Assembly (NCBI GenBank): GCA_013204265.1
Contig: JABMOG010000151.1
Location: 1 to 57,737 of the forward strand
From: Rhodospirillales bacterium
Lineage (GTDB): Bacteria > Pseudomonadota > Alphaproteobacteria > Rhodospirillales > Casp-alpha2
Length of the DNA stretch: 57,737 nt
Reading direction: 5' to 3'
The position numbers and the translations under genes were made by a program. Shown here piece after piece: positions 42,474 to 51,129 of the stretch (position 1 is its first letter; each line of letters opens with the position of its first letter). The notes beneath the pieces are model-generated. The model saw nothing but the letters and a program-made list of their open reading frames with translations, did no database searches and was not told the origin of the DNA.

Positions 42474-44399
42474 TCAAGAGCGTTCCTTTGGGGCCAGGGT
42501 TTCCTCCATAACCTCCCAGAAACAAAGCGAGGCATTAGGAATATCCCGGGTGCTGCAAATGGCCTGTAGGATAGTATCGCGATCGGGGACATCTCCACGT
42601 TTTAGTGCTTGGCCCAGTTCGGCCGCAGAGCTATAGGTTTGCGCTCCGCCGAAAAGTTCTGGGCTCAGAGATGATGGCAGGCTATGGAACGGGTAGTACG
42701 GTTTCCCTTCGGCAAGGGTCTCGACAACCCCCCCCGAACTCACCGGCCCGACCACAATATTGGCCCATTCGACTTGATCGCTAAGCGGCCCCTCTGTCAC
42801 GACCAAACAATCGACGCCGTGATAGGCCAGTACGGATTCGAAATAGGGTTTAGTGCTCCCATGTGCGGGATGAATTTTGAAACGCAGGCTTTGATAGCCG
42901 ATTTTTTTCAACATGCGGGCGATGGTGATCAAAAGGTGAAACGATTCCGCAAACAATCCTGCGACGTCGCCGCCGTAGGGCATGATCGACAGGATCAAGG
43001 CATTGTCGCGTTTTTCGGATGGCGGCCCAGACTTAATCATCTGCCCGTCCAGGCCGGGGTACCCGGTGCGGACATAAGGCAGGGGCGAATGGATCATTGA
43101 AAGCCAGCGTTCGTTCTGTTCTCCCCAGGACAGCAGCCGGGTAAGCGGGGGTTTACGTCCGGCGGCATCATGGCAACGGTTGTCCGTTAGCTCAGCTGAT
43201 AAGAACATTCCGTTGAGCAGTTCATCGGAGGGGATGCCTTGAGCCTGAGCTGTTTCGATGACCGTGCTGCATACCCAGTTATTGGAATCACCGATAACGA
43301 CTCGAGCCACATGCGCATCACGAAACAGGCGTTCGTAGCGTTTGGCCTCAAGGGCGCGCTCCCTGATCCATCCGCTTTCGATAAGGTGGCGACGAATGAA
43401 CGTGCGCCGCGCCTCTTCCAATCCTTGCGCCGGGGTGGCCCAGGCGTCGTCCAGGCGCTGAATGATGGCGTCTATGGCGGCGTGGTCCCCGGCATCCAGG
43501 CGAGCCGTGGGAAGGCGGGTTAGTAAAATGCCTTTGCCAAGGCACTTAAGCACGAAGGAGAGCGTCTTCGGCCACGGTTCGGCAAGAAAAACCGGCGTTA
43601 CGCCGCCGTTGGCGAAGTTTTCCAACAGGTTTCCCATTACCAGCCAATTGTGGAACAGGAACATGCGGGGTTTAGGGACAGTGAAGGCAAAGCGCAACCG
43701 AAACAGTTGCGTAACCATATTAAGATAAACTTCCCGCAACCAACGTTTAGGCGAAGGTATGGGCTTGGAAGGATTGAGCGAAGATGTCCTGATAAAGGGG
43801 CTGATCGGATAGGTTCCGGTCTCTCTCGGCGTCGGTTGGGAGCCGATATGGACAACGATATCGTGGCGGCCGGCGACATCCCGGACTAAATTTTCAATAA
43901 TGTCTGCATCGAGCACATCTGATTCCATCCGTAGGCCATGGACAACGATTTCTTCGGGGAGGAACCGTATACAAAAACGATCCAATGCGTGCCATAGGCG
44001 CAAGTAAGCATTGCGCATGTAGGAAACGTGGCGGTTTAATTGTTTTCCCAAGGAGACTCCGCGAAAGAGCGTGATATCTCTGCCGTCCAGATACACCCAG
44101 TCGCTGCTTTCGAGGAAGTTGCGATGGGGATCGCCACGCTCCTCCGGCCAGGTCCCGAGCATGGCCTCAAAGTGCAGGGCGTGGCCACCGGCATCAACCA
44201 TCCGCCGCCAGCCGAGCCAGTCACTGGTGACAAGAAGCGTGTCCCCGTCATCAAAACGCCCTGCCTGTTCGCAACTGGAAACGAGCACAAGCCGGCGGTA
44301 GCGCTTTTTAAGATGCGCAGGAAGGTCGAGGACAGAAAGCGGTCCTTCGGACGGCTCTGGCACATGAGCCGTGTCAAAGGCGTTGTTGATATCGTTCAT
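42474..44399 (-). CDS. Uncharacterised 641-aa protein, paralog 3 of 3; putative GT-B-like transferase
   Basis: ARVVIGDSNNWVCSTVIETAQAQGIP, LRFKIHPAHG and VVGPVSSGGVVETLAEGKP blocks shared with 26707..28299. Confidence 0.45.
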   Translation of the reverse strand: MNDINNAFDTAHVPEPSEGPLSVLDLPAHLKKRYRRLVLVSSCEQAGRFDDGDTLLVTSDWLGWRRMVDAGGHALHFEAMLGTWPEERGDPHRNFLESSDWVYLDGRDITLFRGVSLGKQLNRHVSYMRNAYLRLWHALDRFCIRFLPEEIVVHGLRMESDVLDADIIENLVRDVAGRHDIVVHIGSQPTPRETGTYPISPFIRTSSLNPSKPIPSPKRWLREVYLNMVTQLFRLRFAFTVPKPRMFLFHNWLVMGNLLENFANGGVTPVFLAEPWPKTLSFVLKCLGKGILLTRLPTARLDAGDHAAIDAIIQRLDDAWATPAQGLEEARRTFIRRHLIESGWIRERALEAKRYERLFRDAHVARVVIGDSNNWVCSTVIETAQAQGIPSDELLNGMFLSAELTDNRCHDAAGRKPPLTRLLSWGEQNERWLSMIHSPLPYVRTGYPGLDGQMIKSGPPSEKRDNALILSIMPYGGDVAGLFAESFHLLITIARMLKKIGYQSLRFKIHPAHGSTKPYFESVLAYHGVDCLVVTEGPLSDQVEWANIVVGPVSSGGVVETLAEGKPYYPFHSLPSSLSPELFGGAQTYSSAAELGQALKRGDVPDRDTILQAICSTRDIPNASLCFWEVMEETLAPKERS

Positions 44400-44434
44400 T
44401 TTTATTCGCGTCTATGACTAAAAAGAAAGGTTTC

Positions 44435-45100
44435 TTAAAAAATGCGCCGGAAAACATAATCAATGACATTGCGCCGGTTGGCTTTTATGGACATTGCGCC
44501 GTCTTTTAAAATCGCCAGCGAATTTTCCGGAACGTCTGTGTTCAAGACCGTAGTTCCGGTTGAGATCATGGTGTTGGCGCCGATCCGGCATTGTCCGATC
44601 GCCCGGCTTCCGGCAAACATGGAGACGCCTTCTCCGAAGACGGGATACTCTCCCGTTACGTTGGATCCGATGGTGCACCCTTGGTAGGCGGTGAAATAAT
44701 TTCCGTACGTCGCGCGGCCCAGGACGCTACCGACGGGATGAACCAGCAGGAAGTTTTCCGGAAGGGTGACTTCATAAAAAATCTCGACACCGTGCAAGGC
44801 CTTGTTGAGCAGGTACGCCTTGGCAGGAAGGTCAGGCCCGACGCCATGTCGAAAGGCGCTGTTGCCGAGGAAATACAGAAAGGTTGCATACTGGTCGGAA
44901 TGCAGGTGGTTGAACATAACCTCCCCATCGGCGGTATAGTTGGGCAGATTAATTTTCTGAAAACACGCCTCGGTGCGCTCCAGTGCCTCGTCCACCAGGG
45001 GGGCAAGGGTATCCCTGTCCACGTTCGCGTCGGGGAACAAGTTTTGCATCTGTGTCTTTACATAATTCGTGAGCGCCTCGGGCTGAATGGAGAGCTTCAT
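44435..45100 (-). CDS. Hexapeptide-repeat (left-handed beta-helix) acyltransferase, serine-acetyltransferase-like
   Basis: VHPVGSVLGRATYGNYFTAYQGCTIGSNVTGEYPVFGEGVSMFAGSRAIGQCRIGANTMISTGTTV. Confidence 0.7.
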   Translation of the reverse strand: MKLSIQPEALTNYVKTQMQNLFPDANVDRDTLAPLVDEALERTEACFQKINLPNYTADGEVMFNHLHSDQYATFLYFLGNSAFRHGVGPDLPAKAYLLNKALHGVEIFYEVTLPENFLLVHPVGSVLGRATYGNYFTAYQGCTIGSNVTGEYPVFGEGVSMFAGSRAIGQCRIGANTMISTGTTVLNTDVPENSLAILKDGAMSIKANRRNVIDYVFRRIF

Positions 45101-45804
45101 GGGTTCCCGCCTGCTTTTGCCATCAGGTGTTCAATAATTAGAAAATCCAGTTCACTGTCGATGTCGATGGCACGCTCTTCCGCCATGACATAGATCACCG
45201 TATCATCGGCAACGGACATCGGCGCATCGGAAAAAAGCGCTTCGCGCCGCCACGCATAGACCGCGCCATTGAGGTCAAAACACGCCGGAGAATCCTGCCT
45301 GCGAACGACCGGTGCATTGAGCGTTTTGGAAAAATGCACCCGGCCGCGTTCATCCTGTTCGACGATGTTGAAATAAGGATTTTTCCGGGACGGCGCACCC
45401 GAGACAACGTTGGCGGCGCCGCTTTCCTCAAGAAGCCGAATGGCGCCTTTGATGTCGCCTAGGGCCCTCAGGGGCGTCGTGGCATCCAGGTCGACAATGA
45501 TGTCAAAGGCCGCTTCGGTTTTGGCTTCGACGGCTTCGGTACAATGACGGATGGCTGAAATCTTGGCGGCTGCGTCGGAGGCAAGTTCGACCGGGCGCTC
45601 AATGGCATAGTCCGCCCCCCAGTCGCGGCCCGCTTTCAGGATGGCAGCGCTGTCGCTTGAAACGGCGACGGCGGAGAAAAGTCCGGATTCCTTGGCCTGC
45701 TCGATGGTGTAGGCGATCAAGGGTTTGCCGGCCAATTGGCGCAGGTTCTTTCCCTTAACGCCTTTCGACCCGCCACGTGCGCAGATGGTTGCAAGACGGT
45801 TCAT
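45097..45804 (-). CDS. neuA: Acylneuraminate cytidylyltransferase (CMP-nonulosonate synthetase)
   Basis: ORF trimmed to MNRLATICARGGSKGVKGKNLRQLAGKPLIAYTIEQA at 45804 (ATGA overlap). Confidence 0.85.
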   Translation of the reverse strand: MNRLATICARGGSKGVKGKNLRQLAGKPLIAYTIEQAKESGLFSAVAVSSDSAAILKAGRDWGADYAIERPVELASDAAAKISAIRHCTEAVEAKTEAAFDIIVDLDATTPLRALGDIKGAIRLLEESGAANVVSGAPSRKNPYFNIVEQDERGRVHFSKTLNAPVVRRQDSPACFDLNGAVYAWRREALFSDAPMSVADDTVIYVMAEERAIDIDSELDFLIIEHLMAKAGGNP

Positions 45805-46853
45805 GAATTGACACCGTTCGGGAAATCCATTTTGGCTCGGTTCAGGTCGTCCATGCGCCCCACATCCAGCCAATATTCATGGACAGGAAACGCGGTGACA
45901 ACTTTCCCCTGATTGATCGCGGCCTCGAAAAGTTCGGTCATGTCATAACGATTGCTTTCGGGGATGAAATCAATGAGGCCGGGGTCCAGAACATAGATAC
46001 CGGCGTTGACAAAAAAGCGGTGAATGGGTTTTTCGTCAATGGCTCTGATGAGGTTGCCATGGAGGTCAACGACACCGAAGGGAACCTGGAAATCATATTC
46101 ACGAACGCACATGGTCGCCTGGGAACCTTGCTGGTCGTGGTAATCGAGAAGGTCCTGAAAATTAATTTTGGTAATGAGGTCGCCGTTCATGACGATAAGC
46201 GGCTCCGCCGGTGGTTCTGGAATCAACCGGAGCGCGCCGGCGGTGCCGAGCTTTTCGTCTTCTTCCAGGTAGCGGATTTCAGCGTCCCACTTTGAGCCGT
46301 CGCCGAAATGATCCTTGATGGCGTCGGCCCGGTAGTTGACGGAGATATAGAACCGGCGGAAATTCTGTTTGATGAAGCTTTCCAGAATGGTCTGCAAAAG
46401 CGGTTTGTCGCCGACGTTCAACAATGGTTTGGGCGTGTCTTCGGTCAGCGGCATCAATCGTTCGCCCAAGCCGCCTGCCATCAACACCACCCAGTTTTCA
46501 CGCGATTCCACCGGCGGCGTCAGGTCTCGGATATGGGCAAGGCCGATGACGGTGCGTTCCTCATCCACGAGAGGAATTTGGCGCACCAGATCGGCGTTCA
46601 TTTTGGCAAGCAGACCGGCGGGGTCCGAATCGGAATGCGCGGTTAAAGGGGTCTCATTCATCAACTGACCGGCAGGAGCCTCCATCCCGAGCCCTTGAAG
46701 CAATCCCCGCCTGACATCACCGTCGGTAATAGTGCCTAGAAGCCTCTCATTCTTATCGACCACCAAACCGATCTCAAACCCGCTGCTGTTTATGGTTTCA
46801 ACTACGTCACGGATGGTAGCGTCGAGGGGGATTAAAGTTTTTTTCCAGATCAT
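45801..46853 (-). CDS. CBS-pair plus nucleotidyltransferase fusion (PtmE-like sugar-1-phosphate nucleotidyltransferase)
   Basis: CBS-like LLGTITDGDVRRGLL and VIGLAHIRDL, then VVLMAGGLGERLMPLTEDTPKPLLNVGDKPLL. Confidence 0.85.
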   Translation of the reverse strand: MIWKKTLIPLDATIRDVVETINSSGFEIGLVVDKNERLLGTITDGDVRRGLLQGLGMEAPAGQLMNETPLTAHSDSDPAGLLAKMNADLVRQIPLVDEERTVIGLAHIRDLTPPVESRENWVVLMAGGLGERLMPLTEDTPKPLLNVGDKPLLQTILESFIKQNFRRFYISVNYRADAIKDHFGDGSKWDAEIRYLEEDEKLGTAGALRLIPEPPAEPLIVMNGDLITKINFQDLLDYHDQQGSQATMCVREYDFQVPFGVVDLHGNLIRAIDEKPIHRFFVNAGIYVLDPGLIDFIPESNRYDMTELFEAAINQGKVVTAFPVHEYWLDVGRMDDLNRAKMDFPNGVNS

Positions 46854-46898
46854 TTTTTAAGGTGTGGCTCGTATTGATGGCTAAACGAAAGAGTCGAA

Positions 46899-47186
46899 TT
46901 AGTCATTTGTTTCGCTGCTGATTTTTTCTTGAACCAGGGAGACCATCCTGTTGATGGAGCCCATTTTTTCTTTCGTAATTTCCGCATCTTCGATGGTCGT
47001 GGACCAATTGCTTTCGATAAACGACACCAGTTCGACAACCCCGTACGAATCCAGGACGCCCAATTCCACTAAAGACTGATCGAGCGGCATGGATTTATGG
47101 TCATACGAACTGACATGGTTGGCCAGCACGTATTCTATCATGGCGTTGCGTATGTCTAGTTCTGAAGTTGGGGGACGGTTTGCCAT
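46899..47186 (-). CDS. Stand-alone acyl carrier protein (second copy)
   Basis: LVELGVLDSYGVVELVSFIE (DS-Y site, as in the first carrier protein). Start uncertain: 47186 or ATG at 47141. Confidence 0.65.
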   Translation of the reverse strand: MANRPPTSELDIRNAMIEYVLANHVSSYDHKSMPLDQSLVELGVLDSYGVVELVSFIESNWSTTIEDAEITKEKMGSINRMVSLVQEKISSETND

Positions 47187-49165
47187 TGATTATTTAGGCT
47201 CCATTGTTCCGGTGTTTTAACATCTGATTTGAGGTTCCAGTTTTTTCGCACGTAAATATCATCCAGCAGCATTGTCGAAAGTATAGATACGAACGCCATA
47301 TTATCGCGGTTACCAATCCGAGACAGGGTGGTGGCGCGGCCTTTGGCCACCAATTGCGAGACTTTTTCGCTATCGAAAAAACCGGTCTCCTTTATCCTCT
47401 CGGGGCTTAGTAACTCTTCGGCATAATCAGGGAGTTGGCCATTGTTACAAAAGCTCAACATATCTGGCGCCTGATAGGCCACTTTGGGGCGGTTGCGGAC
47501 CATTTCCGGTATAGTGCCCCGGTAAGCGTTGCGGAGCACATATTTGTCCTTGAGGCCGCGTAATTTTATTCCCCTGGGAAGCCTGGAGGCGAATTTCACA
47601 AACGTATCATCCAGATAGGGATAACGGCCTTCCACCGCGTGCGCCATGGACATACGGTCGCCTTGGCTGGACAACAGGTAATTGCCAAGGAGGCTATGAA
47701 CCTCGACGCTTTGCGCACGGTCAATATCGTCGCCGGAATCGTATTGTTGCGGCAGCCATTTTTCCAACTCTTGAACCGGATCGTAATTATCGGCAAACGA
47801 CCGCATTCCGGGATCAAAGTATTTTTCCAGCTGGGTGCCATTTGCCCAGCGTACGGCCATGGGATAATGGCGATCATCGGCGTCTAGCGTCGGTCGGTAG
47901 AAATCCAGTATAAGATTAAAGTATCGCGGGTTCCGGAACTGCGGAAGATAAGCGTATAGCCGCTTGAACAAGCTTCCCCGCCATTGCGATTGCGGCTGCC
48001 TTCCCCAAAAACGGCGGATGGCCGATTCGCGAAACAAGTCATACCCCAACAAGATTTCATCTGCGCCTTCCCCGGTCATCACCACCTTGATGCCGCTTTC
48101 GTGCACTTTTTGGGACAGCCCGAACAAAGGTGATGGCGCGGTGCGGAAAAGGGGCGTTTCGGCCTGCCAAACCACCTGCGGAAATATTTTGCTGATATCC
48201 CCGGGTTCTATGTTTACGGACGTGTGGTCAAAGCCGAAGTTCTTTGCGACCATCTCTTGGGCTTCGGACTCGTCGTATTCCGGGTCATTGAAGGTCACGG
48301 AATAGGTCTTCAGGCTTCCCGAATCCTGACTGTTCAAAATAGAAGCAATCACGCTGGAATCAATACCGCCCGAAAGGTAGCTGGCCACGGGCACGTCCGC
48401 CATGCGCTGTCTTGAAACGGCGGCTTCCAATTGTTCTGAGAAGGCCTCGAAGTACGCTTCATCGGAGGAAAGCTCCAAGGTGTCCCCGGCATTAGAAAGC
48501 GGGAGTTCCCAATACCGCTTCAAAGTCGTCTGATTATCGGTCACGGTCAGGTAATGGCCTGCGGGAACCTGTTGGACACCCTCGAAGGCAGTTGTGTCAC
48601 CAACGCATGTCCAGAATCGGAGTGTTTGCACTAAGGCTTCCCGGTTGATTTTGGCATTAACGCGACCGAGGGCGAACAAGGCTTTTATCTCGGAGGCAAA
48701 AGAGAATTCATTTTTGTGGAGAGACCAGAATAATGGCCGGATTCCGAAACGGTCCCGATACAATATAAACTGCCGGGACCGACCATCCCAGACGGCGATG
48801 GCAAACTGTCCCTCAATTAGAGAGACAAAATCTTTTCCGTGGACGAGATAGAGTTGCAGCAGCGTTTCTACCTCGGAGCGGGTTTTAAATGATATTCCCT
48901 TCTGTACCAGGCCTTCGCGCAGGGCTTCGTAATTAAAGATTTCACCGTTGAAGATGACGACAACTTTTTGATCGTCGCTGACGGCGGGTTGAACCCCACC
49001 GTTTAAATCTACGATGCTTAATCGCGCTGTACCTAGGGCGACGCCATCCTTGGCGACGCCAGAAAAGCTATCGGGTCCGCGATGACCGATTGTTTTTAAC
49101 ATCCTGTAAAGGTCTTCCCCCAGGGCTGGGGATTGATGACTTCTAAAGCCGGCTATACCGCACAT
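47156..49165 (-). CDS. asnB: Asparagine synthase (glutamine-hydrolysing), AsnB family
   Basis: MCGIAGFRS (Cys2), RGPDS, and PP-loop YLSGGIDSSVIASIL. 669 aa. Confidence 0.9.
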   Translation of the reverse strand: MCGIAGFRSHQSPALGEDLYRMLKTIGHRGPDSFSGVAKDGVALGTARLSIVDLNGGVQPAVSDDQKVVVIFNGEIFNYEALREGLVQKGISFKTRSEVETLLQLYLVHGKDFVSLIEGQFAIAVWDGRSRQFILYRDRFGIRPLFWSLHKNEFSFASEIKALFALGRVNAKINREALVQTLRFWTCVGDTTAFEGVQQVPAGHYLTVTDNQTTLKRYWELPLSNAGDTLELSSDEAYFEAFSEQLEAAVSRQRMADVPVASYLSGGIDSSVIASILNSQDSGSLKTYSVTFNDPEYDESEAQEMVAKNFGFDHTSVNIEPGDISKIFPQVVWQAETPLFRTAPSPLFGLSQKVHESGIKVVMTGEGADEILLGYDLFRESAIRRFWGRQPQSQWRGSLFKRLYAYLPQFRNPRYFNLILDFYRPTLDADDRHYPMAVRWANGTQLEKYFDPGMRSFADNYDPVQELEKWLPQQYDSGDDIDRAQSVEVHSLLGNYLLSSQGDRMSMAHAVEGRYPYLDDTFVKFASRLPRGIKLRGLKDKYVLRNAYRGTIPEMVRNRPKVAYQAPDMLSFCNNGQLPDYAEELLSPERIKETGFFDSEKVSQLVAKGRATTLSRIGNRDNMAFVSILSTMLLDDIYVRKNWNLKSDVKTPEQWSLNNQWQTVPQLQN

Positions 49166-49168
49166 GTC

Positions 49169-50479
49169 TCAAGCGCTCCTGGCAGTGGTTCGGTAACGTC
49201 CGACCTGGATGATGTCTTCCGGGTTATCGCCCCGCCCGGCAGGGGGCAGGGATTCCGCCCAAAAGCGTTTCAAACAATCCTGATCGATTCCCATTCGATG
49301 AAATGCGCCCAAGGTGCCGCCATCTGCCCCGCCAACCTGGGCGCGGCGCTTCGCTGTTCCAACCACGTCTTCGATTCCTGGGGGCAGAAGATGGCCGTTG
49401 AGGATGGTTTTTATGTCCTCATCCTCAAGCATCTTGGATGGAATGCTCACATACTGGTCCGCTACAGAGGCGTAGGCTTGAACAACATTCAGGCCAAAAG
49501 CGGAAAACACGCCGATTTCACGATCTCCGGCATCCAGTCCCCGGATAAAAAACCTGCGGCGTTTGTTTACGGAAATCCGCGGCTGGGGGTAATAGATGGT
49601 CCCGTTAATGGTTTCTTCGTGGTAATCGCAAACATATTCGTTCATCAGGTCGCCCGTCAGCACAACAACGGGCCGGTCCGGGAAATGGGCGTGGATATCT
49701 TCGGCGAGAAACAGGTTCACCACCGCGCAATGAACGTTAAAATCCCGCCAGTCCTGACACAGCCTTACCGCCGTTGAAGCCGCCGGGCCAATGGCGTCTA
49801 CAATGCGGAATACGGGTTGTAACGGAATGCCCAGGGCTTCGGCGACAAGGGTTGCGGCGCGAAAATCTTCCGATGTGCTCAACAAGTCCTTTGGCGCCAT
49901 GCCACGCCTCCAGGCCTGCATATCATCGGATGATAGGTAGGAAAAACTGAAGGTCTGAATGTCCGGCAGGGAATCCCGGGCCAAGGCGGCGATCACAGAA
50001 CTGTCCATGCCGCCGGAAAGGCAGACGGCGAAGGCGGCGTCGGGCCATTGCTTCGCTGTTTCGGCCATCACGTGCTCCAGGGCTTGACGGACATTGTTTT
50101 GAAACGCCGGCAAGGAAAAACCCGTGCTTTCCTTACGGGTTGAAATGTCCAGACCGATGGGGTCCGTCGCGCCGTTTTCCCCCCACCGCACCAAATGCCC
50201 CGGCGGGCAGGACGCCAAATCATCCAAACTGACACCCATCTCCAGCGCGCGTTCGATCCGGCTAGCGGCAACAAGGTCACCCGATGGATTGAGGCCGTAA
50301 AAAAGCTTGTTGCAGCCAAGCGGGTCACGGGCTAGGCAAATGTCTTTTCCATCCATCCATGCAAACGCATATTGGCCTGCCTCGAAAGGCGTCCCGGCAG
50401 CGGCCTGTTCCAGAATCGATTCCGGCAAGGAAGGATCGGCAGGGAAATTCATATATTCAAGGGCGTTAATAAGGATCAA
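49169..50479 (-). CDS. AsnB-family ATP-dependent synthetase domain protein lacking the N-terminal glutaminase cysteine
   Basis: No Met-Cys start (the ORF opens TTG ...LINALEYMNFPAD). It retains ARDPLGCNKLFYG and the PP-loop AVCLSGGMDSSVIAAL. 436 aa. Confidence 0.7.
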   Translation of the reverse strand: MILINALEYMNFPADPSLPESILEQAAAGTPFEAGQYAFAWMDGKDICLARDPLGCNKLFYGLNPSGDLVAASRIERALEMGVSLDDLASCPPGHLVRWGENGATDPIGLDISTRKESTGFSLPAFQNNVRQALEHVMAETAKQWPDAAFAVCLSGGMDSSVIAALARDSLPDIQTFSFSYLSSDDMQAWRRGMAPKDLLSTSEDFRAATLVAEALGIPLQPVFRIVDAIGPAASTAVRLCQDWRDFNVHCAVVNLFLAEDIHAHFPDRPVVVLTGDLMNEYVCDYHEETINGTIYYPQPRISVNKRRRFFIRGLDAGDREIGVFSAFGLNVVQAYASVADQYVSIPSKMLEDEDIKTILNGHLLPPGIEDVVGTAKRRAQVGGADGGTLGAFHRMGIDQDCLKRFWAESLPPAGRGDNPEDIIQVGRYRTTARSA

Positions 50480-50501
50480 TGGATAAGGGCTCTTTTAGGT
50501 T

Positions 50502-51128
50502 TCAAACACCAAGGGTCCGGGTCTTTTGTTGTGGCAGGACGGTGGCGTTGGCGGGAATGTCCTTCGCAACGACCATATTGGCACCGATCTCCGCGTTGTC
50601 GCCAATGGATACCTTTGCCAGAACAACGACATTGGTTCCAAGCAGCACCCCGCTGCCGATGGATGCTTCGCCAAGAACCCGGGTGCCCGGTGAAATAAAA
50701 CTGAAATCGCCAACTCTGACGTCATGCCCGACTAAGGCGCCGTAATTTACATAAACACCCTGGCCCACATTGGCCCGGGTGGAAATCACGGCCTGAGGCG
50801 CGACCAGGACGCCCTCCTCAAGCATGGCTGTCGGATAAATGGTGCAGTCGGGGTGGCGTGGAGAAAGCAACACCGCACCGGCGGCCTGGACTTCTTCGCT
50901 CAGCCGCCTGCGGGTTTGGTTGTTATAAACCGAAACGACGAAGGCGGCATCCGGGTGGTCAGCGCATGCCTGACTGACGCTTTCCCCCAGGTAGGGATAA
51001 TCGGGAAAGACGCTGTGTTGGCTTTGACTAAGCCCCAGATAGCCAATGATCCGGGATTTGTCTTTTGCGTAGGACGCCCAGACCAAGTCAAAGGTATCGC
51101 TGGCACCGATAATGATGATGTCTTGCAT
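50502..51128 (-). CDS. neuD: NeuD/PglD-family sugar N/O-acetyltransferase
   Basis: ORF trimmed to MQDIIIIGASD at 51128 (1 nt after the neuB stop). C-terminal hexapeptide repeats VGQGVYVNYGALVGHDVRVGDFSFISPGTRVLGEASIGSGVLLGTN. Confidence 0.8.
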   Translation of the reverse strand: MQDIIIIGASDTFDLVWASYAKDKSRIIGYLGLSQSQHSVFPDYPYLGESVSQACADHPDAAFVVSVYNNQTRRRLSEEVQAAGAVLLSPRHPDCTIYPTAMLEEGVLVAPQAVISTRANVGQGVYVNYGALVGHDVRVGDFSFISPGTRVLGEASIGSGVLLGTNVVVLAKVSIGDNAEIGANMVVAKDIPANATVLPQQKTRTLGV

Positions 51129-51129
51129 T

